From assembly GCA_903937035.1 (NCBI GenBank), contig CAIZXS010000023.1, positions 1,188-65,187 on the forward strand: DNA of 64,000 nt, written 5' to 3'. Below the pieces are notes generated by a model. The model was not told the DNA's origin and did no database searches. It saw nothing but the letters and a program-made list of their open reading frames with translations. The stretch's first letter is position 1. Each line of letters starts with the position of its first letter. Shown piece after piece: positions 8,178 to 16,395 of the stretch. The DNA is from an uncultured bacterium. Its GTDB lineage: Bacteria; Patescibacteriota; Minisyncoccia; Moranbacterales; UBA2206. A program made the translations under genes and the position numbers.

Positions 8178-9134
8178 TTATCTTTTTGCTAGCTTATCCT
8201 TCCTTTCTCTCTCTTCTAAATCATCCCTGAGTCCAAAAATTTCAGTCATGTTCTGGAACTGTTCATCACTCATCATGCTTTTTAGCATCATGCGCATCGC
8301 ACTAACATTCCCCGTTGCTCGAAGCCCGCGACAACCCTGGCATTGCGCACGCGAACTTGGACAAGTTGCGTTGCATCCGCCCAAAATCATCGGCCCAAAA
8401 CATGGCTTCTTATCCAGAAGCAAACAACGATTGCCCGCTTTTTTGCATTCCACACAAACTGGCTGATCGGGAATAAGCGGGACATTGCCTTTGAGCAGTT
8501 CTGGGATATATTGCAAAAATTCTTCCCCATTGATGGGACAGCCTGGAAAAACAAAATCCACTTTCACAAAATTATCCAACTCTCGAATCGCTGGATTATT
8601 AATTCCTTGCAAATATTTATAAACATGTTTTATCGTGCTCACACCTTCGTGATAATTTTTCATTTCCGGAATTCCGCCCATCGCCGCGCAGTTTCCAAGA
8701 GCTACGAGTATCTTTGCTCTTTTTCTTGCTTCAAGTAGCGTTTTCTCATTTTCTTTCGTCACAGGATTTCCCTCAATGAGAACCAAGTCTAACATTCCGC
8801 CATCATCCTCCCAGTCTTCAATCAGCCGGAAATCAACCAGCTCAATTATTTCTGTTAGTGCCAAAAAGCGCGTACCAAGATCAAGCAGGACAAACTGGCA
8901 ACCCTCACAAGAAGTCAGACTAATAATCGCTACACGTGGTTTTCCGCTGGCTTTTTTTTCTACCACTTTTGTTTTCGCTCCTGATACTGCTGTTTTCTTT
9001 ATCACCTTAGTCTTGACCACTGCCACTTTTTTTATTGCTTTCGCTTTATCTGTCACTGCCTTTTTCGGTTTAGCTTTTTTTGTTTCTGGTTTATTTTTAA
9101 TTACCATTGTTTTAGAAATATAATTTAACTTCAC
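8178..9134 (-). CDS. [NiFe] hydrogenase small subunit (NuoB/Oxidored_q6 fold) with a ~65-aa Lys/Ala/Val-rich N-terminal tail
   Basis: SLTSCEGCQ, ALGNCAAMGGIP, GCPINGEE, plus distal Cys clusters. The tail reads KKAKPKKAVTDKAKAIKKVAVVKTKVIKK. Confidence 0.85.
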   Translation of the reverse strand: MKLNYISKTMVIKNKPETKKAKPKKAVTDKAKAIKKVAVVKTKVIKKTAVSGAKTKVVEKKASGKPRVAIISLTSCEGCQFVLLDLGTRFLALTEIIELVDFRLIEDWEDDGGMLDLVLIEGNPVTKENEKTLLEARKRAKILVALGNCAAMGGIPEMKNYHEGVSTIKHVYKYLQGINNPAIRELDNFVKVDFVFPGCPINGEEFLQYIPELLKGNVPLIPDQPVCVECKKAGNRCLLLDKKPCFGPMILGGCNATCPSSRAQCQGCRGLRATGNVSAMRMMLKSMMSDEQFQNMTEIFGLRDDLEERERKDKLAKR

Positions 9135-9209
9135 AGCTCTATTCTAGCACATAACAACCATAAATTAAATAAGGGCCGATCATTTGATCTGCCCTTATCG
9201 AAAAACGAC

Positions 9210-9896
9210 TCATTTCTTAACGAAGTGGAGTGGAGAAAGAATTTTTCTGCAATCAACAACACCTCTCCTTGCACATGCTCCATAAATAAGTGAGCTAACT
9301 GCCTGCTCTTCTAGAACAGGCCCATAGATTCTTTTCTCACATGAACTGATTATATAGCCATAGCGAGTAAAAAACATAGGTCCTGCTTCAAGAATATCGG
9401 CATTACCGCAAAGAAGTTGGAGATGCGTAAAGATAACCTCCGCTCCGTTATTGAAATATAAGCCAGAATACCCTTCACCTTTTTTCTCTTTTTTAATTTT
9501 TATCGGCAGAAGCAACCTGAAAAGAAGGAGCGCCATAGCAGCACCATTAACGAAACCCTTCTCTCGAAGATCTGCCTTCACGTACTCAGCGCATTCATCG
9601 CCGCCAAAGAAAAGCGCCACCGTTACACCATCAATATTGGCTTTTCCTAAGTTTTTAGTAAACGCCGCAACTCGATCTTTCACCCCCGCTTCCAATGGGA
9701 AGATTTCTGCAAAGCGCTCTAATGAAAGCATCTTTGGTGCTACAATTAACTCTGCTTGTAGAAGATCGCATTTTTGATTCTTCTTTTCTTTGCGAGCCAT
9801 TTCAACAGCCGCAAAAAGTGCCACACCATTTGGAGTAATTTTCATAGCTTCTCCCTTCGATATAATTTTAAAGGCTTTTTGGCCTATTTCTATCAA
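9210..9896 (-). CDS. Hypothetical protein between hypF-like and the hydrogenase small subunit gene
   Basis: 228-aa ORF with no motif I can assign. Its position suggests a hydrogenase-associated role. Confidence 0.3.
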   Translation of the reverse strand: MIEIGQKAFKIISKGEAMKITPNGVALFAAVEMARKEKKNQKCDLLQAELIVAPKMLSLERFAEIFPLEAGVKDRVAAFTKNLGKANIDGVTVALFFGGDECAEYVKADLREKGFVNGAAMALLLFRLLLPIKIKKEKKGEGYSGLYFNNGAEVIFTHLQLLCGNADILEAGPMFFTRYGYIISSCEKRIYGPVLEEQAVSSLIYGACARRGVVDCRKILSPLHFVKK

Positions 9897-9976
9897 TTTC
9901 GTAAAGTACCCGATATTGCCATATTAAGCAATGTCCAATAATTACCTATCCTGCGACATTTATCGCCATCTGTCAA

Positions 9977-11314
9977 GTGCAACAAAAAAAATCCTCCATG
10001 CTATACTATTCTCATCATATGAACACCCACCCCTTCCCCCAAAAAACCAAGCAGACTATCCTCGCCCTCGGCGCCGAATCCGAAGGAAATTTCTGTTTTT
10101 TTGCACAAAACAAAATTTATTTTTCGGAGAATTTTGGTGATCTCTTGAAAGAAAAAAACTGGCAAAAATATCAAGCGGCGGTTTTGGAATTTTTGAAAAA
10201 AAATAAATTCAAACCGGACCTACTTCTCACCGACCTACATCCTCTCTATTTGACTTCGGTTTGGGGCAAAGCTCTAGGTAAAAAATACAAAGTTAAGCAT
10301 ATTCAAGTTCAACACCACCTAGCGCACCTTTTCTCAACTATCGGCGAAAAAATCATATTAGATACTAAATACCAGATACCAGATACCATTTACGGGATTG
10401 CTATGGATGGAACGGGCTATGGAACTGATGAAAAAATTTGGGGAGGAGAAGTGTTTAAAATCAAAAATCCCATGCCTACCGGCAGGCAGGAAAAATCAAA
10501 AATAAAAATTATCGAACGAATCGGCCATCTTGAAAATCAAGTCTTGATCGGTGGAGATTTAGCAATAAGAGAACCGGCGCGAATGTTGATTAGCATTTTG
10601 GATAAGGTATTGTTACCCCCTCCTTACCAAGGAGAGGGGTTGGGGGTGAGGTTAAAGAGCAATACACAAAGAAAAAATACTACTTACCGCTTCGTAAAAA
10701 ACTACTACACCAAAAACGAATTTGAGTTAATTTACGCCCAGCTCCAGCAAAATTTCAACTGCCTCGAAACTTCCAGCACCAGCCGAGTCCTAGATGCTGT
10801 TTCGCTACTTTTAGGTTTTTGTGAAAATGAGAGAAAATACAAGCACGAACCGATCGCTCCGCTAGAAACCAACTCCACAAGACCCTATGTGGATTTAAAA
10901 CCAAAAATTATACTTTCACAGGGCAAGCGAGTTTTAAACACGACTTTTTTGTTTGAATATTTAATTAAAAATTTGCATAAAGATAAGAAGCGCCTAGCTG
11001 CAACTGCACAACTCTATGTCGCTCGGGGATTATATGAACTCATAAAAAACAGTTGTCATCCTGAGCGAAGTCGAAGCCTGCCTGCCGGTAGGCAGGGATC
11101 TACCTGCAAATACCACCAGCGATATTCTACAGAAGATTCTTCGACTCCGCTGCGCTGCGCTCAGAATGACATTTTTATAGCCGGTGGCATCGCCAATAAC
11201 AAAATTATTTCTGTATATTTAATTTCCCAAGGTGCTTATGCAAGCAAAGAGATCCCCCGCGGCGACGCCGGGCTTTCTTTTGGACAGATTATTTGCTACT
11301 TACTTTCAAAGTAA
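9977..11314 (+). CDS. hypF: HypF-like carbamoyltransferase, Kae1/TsaD-like C-terminal domain only. It lacks the acylphosphatase, Zn-finger and YrdC domains and carries in-frame insertions
   Basis: VQHHLAHLFS (HypF HHxAH motif), ILALGAESEGNFCF, FIAGGIANN. Internal palindromic 16-mer at 10475-10490 and a MITE-like insert at 11055-11170. Confidence 0.6.
   Translation: MQQKKSSMLYYSHHMNTHPFPQKTKQTILALGAESEGNFCFFAQNKIYFSENFGDLLKEKNWQKYQAAVLEFLKKNKFKPDLLLTDLHPLYLTSVWGKALGKKYKVKHIQVQHHLAHLFSTIGEKIILDTKYQIPDTIYGIAMDGTGYGTDEKIWGGEVFKIKNPMPTGRQEKSKIKIIERIGHLENQVLIGGDLAIREPARMLISILDKVLLPPPYQGEGLGVRLKSNTQRKNTTYRFVKNYYTKNEFELIYAQLQQNFNCLETSSTSRVLDAVSLLLGFCENERKYKHEPIAPLETNSTRPYVDLKPKIILSQGKRVLNTTFLFEYLIKNLHKDKKRLAATAQLYVARGLYELIKNSCHPERSRSLPAGRQGSTCKYHQRYSTEDSSTPLRCAQNDIFIAGGIANNKIISVYLISQGAYASKEIPRGDAGLSFGQIICYLLSK
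10475..10490. repeat. Palindromic 16-mer CCTACCGGCAGGCAGG; reverse complement of the 16-mer at 11077-11092
   Basis: Exact inverted match ~600 nt apart inside the hypF-like ORF. A related hairpin, CTGCCGACAGGCAG, lies at 55633-55646. Confidence 0.6.
11055..11170. mobile_element. MITE-like element with terminal inverted repeats GTCATCCTGAGCGAAGTCGAAG / CTTCGACTCCGC..CTCAGAATGAC, inserted in frame within the hypF-like CDS
   Basis: The ends match the intergenic copy at 52587-52714 and the centre differs. It contains the hairpin CCTGCCTGCCGGTAGGCAGG. The host ORF stays open, with encoded insert ...HPERSRSLPAGRQGSTCKYHQRYSTEDSSTPLRCAQNDIF... Confidence 0.65.
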
Positions 11315-11320
11315 CTTATG

Positions 11321-12364
11321 TCAGCATATCCGCGGAATCAACTTTCCTTTTGGCACTTCAATTTTTTTCTCACTACCAAGCTTAGTCTTGAGCCATACAC
11401 CATTGCCTTTTGAAACTACCCCCGTAATCTTAGCCTCACGATTAAATTTCCTAAGAATTTCAATTACTTTGTTGCTGTCTTTTTTTGCAACCGTTGCCAC
11501 AAATCTGCCCTCGGACGGAAAAGAAAACTTATCAATGCCCAAAAGCCCAGAAAGCGCCACGGTTTCCTTGGCAAAAGGTAAATTATTTTCTTCAAGTACG
11601 AATCTCATTTTAGATTTTTCCGCCATTTCGTTGAGCACCGCCGCCACTCCACCACGCGTCGGATCTTTGCAAGAAGTGAGATAGGGTAAGATACTTTGAA
11701 TTTCGGCTGTTACGGGCTGGCAATCACTTTTTATTTTTGTCCGATAATTAAAACGACTAGCCAAAAGCGCCACGGCGTGTTCGCCCAGATTGCCGGAAGC
11801 AATGATCACATCGCCCACTTTTGCTCCGCCATTTTCAATAACCTTCTTAGCGAGCCCCACGCCAGAAGTCGTAATTTCAATCTTGTCAATTTTGCCTTTT
11901 TCGGTCACCTTAGTGTCCCCCGTCACAATCGGCACACCGGTCTCCTTGGAAATTTTTCCAATTGACTGCATTATTTTTTTCAAATCTTCCAGGGGAAAAC
12001 CTTCCTCAATCACAACACTGAGTGATATTCCAATCGGCAGCGCGCCCATCACCGAGAGATCATTAATCGTCCCGCAAATGGCGATTTTCCCAATGTCTCC
12101 GCCCGGAAAAAAAATTGGATCCACAATAAACGCATCAGTTGTGAAGACTAATTTTTCCTTTCCCAGATCATATACAGCCCCATCATCTTTGGTATTTTCC
12201 CATTTTTTTGACACAAGGAAAAACTTCCTAATCTCAGAGATAAGCTTTGATGACTTTTCGCCTCCGCCACCATCTTCCAATTCAATAAATTTCTTTTTAA
12301 ATTTTAAATTGTCATTTTCCATTTTGAGATTTACATTTTCAATTATTATATCGATACTCCACAT
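11321..12364 (-). CDS. hypE: Hydrogenase maturation factor HypE
   Basis: GGDIGKIAICGTINDLSVMGA; C-terminal PRIC. Start chosen at MWSID, which has an upstream GGAGGGGAG. Confidence 0.9.
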   Translation of the reverse strand: MWSIDIIIENVNLKMENDNLKFKKKFIELEDGGGGEKSSKLISEIRKFFLVSKKWENTKDDGAVYDLGKEKLVFTTDAFIVDPIFFPGGDIGKIAICGTINDLSVMGALPIGISLSVVIEEGFPLEDLKKIMQSIGKISKETGVPIVTGDTKVTEKGKIDKIEITTSGVGLAKKVIENGGAKVGDVIIASGNLGEHAVALLASRFNYRTKIKSDCQPVTAEIQSILPYLTSCKDPTRGGVAAVLNEMAEKSKMRFVLEENNLPFAKETVALSGLLGIDKFSFPSEGRFVATVAKKDSNKVIEILRKFNREAKITGVVSKGNGVWLKTKLGSEKKIEVPKGKLIPRIC

Positions 12365-13379
12365 TACAACTCCCCTCCACCGAAACCATGCAAGCCCCCT
12401 GTGGGCTATTCGGCGTGCAAACTTTCCTAAACAGTAAACAATCTTTTGGCTCAAGAAGTCCTTGCAAAACCAATCCGCACCTGCAAGCACTTGTTTTTGG
12501 CCTTATTTCTTTTTTTATTTTTTCGATCAATTTCCCATGCACAAATTCCGCATCTTGTGCCTGATATTTTTTTCGAATTTTTAGTCCAGAATTCTTGATT
12601 TCTCCAAGGCCTCGCCACTTCGCATCACTAACTTCAAAAACTTCGTTGATTAACTTTAGCGCTTTTTTATTTCCTCCCTTTTTCACTAGCCTACCGTAAG
12701 CATTTTCCACACGAGACTTGTTTTCCAAGATCTGTGTAAGCAGCACATTGATTGCAACTAAAACATCTTCACCAGAAAAACCAGCCACGACCTGAGGGAT
12801 ATTGAATTTTTGATAGACTTCTGTGCCAATTATGGCACTCACATGCCCCGGATCGATAAAACCGTCGACTCGGATTTTTTTGTTTTCAAGAAGTGCTTGC
12901 ATCGCCGGAGGAAAGAGTTTATGGGCACTATAAACCGTGAGCCCTTCTTTTATTGCCCAGGCCGTCATTCCCGTCGTCGTTTCAAAACCAAGCCCAAAAA
13001 AAACTAAACCCAGCCCTTCTCTTTGTAACTCAACCGCCTCAGTAATTGAATAAACGATCCGTACATCTGCGCCGCTCCTTCGCGCTTCCTCAAGACTCAT
13101 CGTGCTCCCCGGAACTTGCATCGTATCGCCATAAACAGCAATTGGAATTCCTGTCAGTGCAAGACCAACAACAATATCAATGTCTGATTGATCCGTTACA
13201 CAAACCGGACAACCTGGCCCGGAAACAAGGGTAATGTTTTTCGGCATCAGTTTTTTAATTCCATGTTCCGCGATCGTCTGCGCGTGTGTCCCACAGAGCT
13301 CCATGAACCGCAAAGGTCGACCGATCTGGGTCGCCTTTTTTTGAATATCATCTATGACTTTGTCCGTGGTAGGTTGCAT
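12339..13379 (-). CDS. hypD: Hydrogenase maturation factor HypD
   Basis: MELCGTHAQ, GPGCPVC, FETT, C-terminal Cys cluster. Confidence 0.95.
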   Translation of the reverse strand: MQPTTDKVIDDIQKKATQIGRPLRFMELCGTHAQTIAEHGIKKLMPKNITLVSGPGCPVCVTDQSDIDIVVGLALTGIPIAVYGDTMQVPGSTMSLEEARRSGADVRIVYSITEAVELQREGLGLVFFGLGFETTTGMTAWAIKEGLTVYSAHKLFPPAMQALLENKKIRVDGFIDPGHVSAIIGTEVYQKFNIPQVVAGFSGEDVLVAINVLLTQILENKSRVENAYGRLVKKGGNKKALKLINEVFEVSDAKWRGLGEIKNSGLKIRKKYQAQDAEFVHGKLIEKIKKEIRPKTSACRCGLVLQGLLEPKDCLLFRKVCTPNSPQGACMVSVEGSCNVEYRYNN

Positions 13380-13380
13380 A

Positions 13381-13584
13381 TTACTTTTTCCCCAAATACC
13401 CCATCATCTCTTTTGCATATTCATCATCCATTTTTTCAATCGCAAAACCAGCATGCACCATAACGTATTCACCAATCTTAGCATCCACTAATGAAATATT
13501 GATTTCTTTTTCAATACCATTAAAATCAACTGTCGCCAGTTGATTTTTAATTGCCATAATTTTTCCTGGAATCGCGAGACACAT
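13381..13584 (-). CDS. hypC: Hydrogenase maturation factor HypC
   Basis: MCLAIPGKI N-terminus, 67 aa. Confidence 0.9.
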   Translation of the reverse strand: MCLAIPGKIMAIKNQLATVDFNGIEKEINISLVDAKIGEYVMVHAGFAIEKMDDEYAKEMMGYLGKK

Positions 13585-13593
13585 AGGCCTTAT

Positions 13594-14634
13594 CTAAGCT
13601 TTAATTTTCATTTTCCCCGCTACAATATTTCCTCTATCTCTCACCAACCTCACCACTTCTCGCTCCGATAGGACATAGTCCAAATATTCATTCTTGCGAA
13701 CTTTTTTATAAATTTTAGAAGAAATAAAAAACGTGCAAATATTTTTTGGATCAATTTTTTCTTTTCGAGCATATTCAGTTCTGATATTTTTAATAATCTC
13801 GTCTTCCTCATTTCGCTCTTTTTCTTCTAATTTTATTATTTTTTCAAAACCTAAATCAAAAAATATTTTTTCAAAATTTTGCTCGTGAGAAATATTTTTC
13901 AACTGCTCACTTATTTTTCCGTCCATTTCTAAATCGATGACCGCCACAGAAAACTTTTTCAAATCATCCAAGTCTTTAATTATTTTTGAAAAATCGTTTT
14001 GATCAGTGAGTGCCGCCACAGGACACGCCTCAACACATTTTCCACAAAAACTACAATCCAGCACCTTTTCATATGGCGTCCCGACGACAACATCTCCTGC
14101 GCGATGATTGAAGCCAAATTTTTGCTCCGGACAGATATTAATACATCTTCGGCATTCCACACAAAACTCGGAATTCCTCGAAATACAAGGATTTTCATTT
14201 TCCACAACTACTCGCGACCAATTATCTCTGAGCAATTTTTGCTCTTCGGAACTAGTCATTTCGCCACGCCTGGGCACAAAATGGAAGTTTTCAATTCTAT
14301 ATTCCTCGGCTAATTTCTGCAAATCACACAATCTATTTTTCTTGCAAGTAGCGCACTTCCCCGCATGATCCGCCCATAAAAGCTCTAAGTTAATTCGACG
14401 CGCCTTGGAAATTTTTTCACTCTCAGTCACAAGATCCATATCCTTACAAACTTTTGTATTGCAAGACGTAATAAGACGCCCACTATTTTCCACCACGCAA
14501 ACGCGACACAAACCTTCATGCGAATATTTCGCACCGCAAAGCGTGGGAATTTTTATTCCCTCACGCATGCAAACTTGGAAAATAGTTTCCCCCACTTTCG
14601 CAGCATATTTTTTGTTATTGATTTTGATTTGCAT
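13594..14634 (-). CDS. HoxU/NuoG-like iron-sulfur subunit (N-terminal 2Fe-2S ferredoxin plus 4Fe-4S domains)
   Basis: CxxxxC..CxxC 2Fe-2S pattern near the N-terminus, several CxxCxxCxxxCP ferredoxin motifs, DHAGKCATCKKNRLCDLQ. Confidence 0.8.
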   Translation of the reverse strand: MQIKINNKKYAAKVGETIFQVCMREGIKIPTLCGAKYSHEGLCRVCVVENSGRLITSCNTKVCKDMDLVTESEKISKARRINLELLWADHAGKCATCKKNRLCDLQKLAEEYRIENFHFVPRRGEMTSSEEQKLLRDNWSRVVVENENPCISRNSEFCVECRRCINICPEQKFGFNHRAGDVVVGTPYEKVLDCSFCGKCVEACPVAALTDQNDFSKIIKDLDDLKKFSVAVIDLEMDGKISEQLKNISHEQNFEKIFFDLGFEKIIKLEEKERNEEDEIIKNIRTEYARKEKIDPKNICTFFISSKIYKKVRKNEYLDYVLSEREVVRLVRDRGNIVAGKMKIKA

Positions 14635-14637
14635 AAT

Positions 14638-15825
14638 TTATTTTAAAATTCCTAGTTTATCAATAGCATTTCGCACTGCCGTGGCAGCAAATTTTCCCAA
14701 TGGACAAAAAGTTGTATTCTCTAGTGTCCACAAAATATCATTTAGTGCTTCCTTGTCACGATCAGCTATCTCACCATCTACTAAGCGTTCGGCAATCTCA
14801 TGTAGGCGAAAAGTCCCCTCACGGCATGGCACACATTTTCCACATGATTCTCGCCTGAAAAATCCGGTCCAGGATAATAATAGATCATAAATATCAGCAG
14901 TCCTGTCCACTACCAAAATTGCGCCTGACCCTAGAATTGGCCCACCTAGCTCTTTTTCTAGATATATTCCTCCAGATGCACCACCAACTTGGGCGAACCA
15001 AAATTCCTTACCATCCTGCATTCCTCCTCCCAATTTAGTAATTGCCTCATCTATCGTAGTAGCGATTGGAGCCTCAAACACACCCATATTCTTAACAGAC
15101 CCACCAAGCACAAATAATTTTGTAGCGCACTTGAGATACTTTTTTCCGCCATTTTGGATAATCCAGGGAATGCTAGCAATCGTTTCAGCATTATTCACTA
15201 CCGTAGGTTTTCCAAAAAGTCCACATTCCGTTGGATAAGGTGGCCGCATTTTTGGCTCTCCGCGATTGCCTTCGATGGAACTCAAGAGTGCTGTTTCTTC
15301 TCCGCAGATATAGGCTCCGGCGCCAGAAAAAATTTCAATCTCTAGTGAATATTTTGAGCTCAATATTTTTGTCCCTAAAAATTTACGCTCTTGGGCCTGC
15401 AAAATTGCTCGCGCTAAAACTTCCTTTGCTTTTTCGTAATTTCCATTGAGATAGATATAACTTTTTTTTGCACCAATCGTGAGAGCAGAAAGAACTAACC
15501 CTTCCAAAAGTAAATGCGGGTTATTCTCTGCAATTAACCGATCCTTATACGTCCCCGGCTCTGATTCATCCAGATTACAAACAAAATATTTTTCACCTTT
15601 CTGCGCGGAGACCATTTCCCATTTCACTCCCGTTAAAAAGCCCGCCCCACCTCGCCCAGAAAGTCTCGATAATTTTACTTCTTTCAATGCGCCTTCTGAA
15701 TCTGATTTTTCAATGAATTCTTTGAGCGCCTCATAACCACCGACAGAAACATAGTCCTCTATCTTTAAAGGATTAATTTTGCCCCAATGTTCGGTGATAA
15801 TTTTTATATTATTCATATACTTCAA
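14638..15825 (-). CDS. HoxF/NuoF-like NAD(H)-binding flavoprotein subunit (51-kDa type)
   Basis: GRGGAGF, CNLDESEPGTYKDR, ESCGKCVPCREGT. Confidence 0.9.
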   Translation of the reverse strand: MKYMNNIKIITEHWGKINPLKIEDYVSVGGYEALKEFIEKSDSEGALKEVKLSRLSGRGGAGFLTGVKWEMVSAQKGEKYFVCNLDESEPGTYKDRLIAENNPHLLLEGLVLSALTIGAKKSYIYLNGNYEKAKEVLARAILQAQERKFLGTKILSSKYSLEIEIFSGAGAYICGEETALLSSIEGNRGEPKMRPPYPTECGLFGKPTVVNNAETIASIPWIIQNGGKKYLKCATKLFVLGGSVKNMGVFEAPIATTIDEAITKLGGGMQDGKEFWFAQVGGASGGIYLEKELGGPILGSGAILVVDRTADIYDLLLSWTGFFRRESCGKCVPCREGTFRLHEIAERLVDGEIADRDKEALNDILWTLENTTFCPLGKFAATAVRNAIDKLGILK

Positions 15826-16274
15826 ACATACTCGCCCAGAATTCGATGCACACTACTCACGGTTACTTTTTCAAAAACTTTCCCATTTACAATCATAATT
15901 GGCCCCTCAGCACATCGACCAAGACAGCTGTTTTTTTCCAAACGTACTTTTGGATTAAATTCATCACCAGCCTTAATTCGAAAATAATTTTCAATTTCTT
16001 GGATAATTTCAGCCGAGGAGCCTAAAGCACAATCCCCGCTAGAGCAAACCTTAATTTCCAAATTAGCTGGTTTTCTAGTTTTAATCAAATCATAAAAACT
16101 AGCTACTTCGCAAATTTTCGCTAGCGACAGCCCAAAATACTCCGCAACAATTTCCGCATCTTTGCTGCCAATAAACCCAAAAACAGCACTAATTTTTTTC
16201 AGCACTGGCAATAAATTTTGCACTTCCGGATCATATGAAACTAATATTTTTTCTACTGTCACATTGTTTTGCAT
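15822..16274 (-). CDS. HoxE/NuoE-like thioredoxin-fold 2Fe-2S subunit (24-kDa type)
   Basis: CSSGDCALGSS ... CLGRCAEGP. Confidence 0.85.
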   Translation of the reverse strand: MQNNVTVEKILVSYDPEVQNLLPVLKKISAVFGFIGSKDAEIVAEYFGLSLAKICEVASFYDLIKTRKPANLEIKVCSSGDCALGSSAEIIQEIENYFRIKAGDEFNPKVRLEKNSCLGRCAEGPIMIVNGKVFEKVTVSSVHRILGEYV

Positions 16275-16395
16275 ACATTGATTATATCACGTAAAAAACA
16301 AAAACTGAAGCGCAAGGCCCCAGCTTTTCTGATGCTCATTTTTCTTTTGCCCTATAATATTCTACCTACTTTTTGGACCGAGCGACCTACTAGCA

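Noticed and set aside
8248-9123. Several plus-strand ORFs of 70-160 aa antisense to the hydrogenase genes, hypE/hypD, secY, EF-G, EF-Tu and others
   Set aside because: They lie antisense within strongly supported conserved genes, have biased low-complexity composition, and show no motifs.
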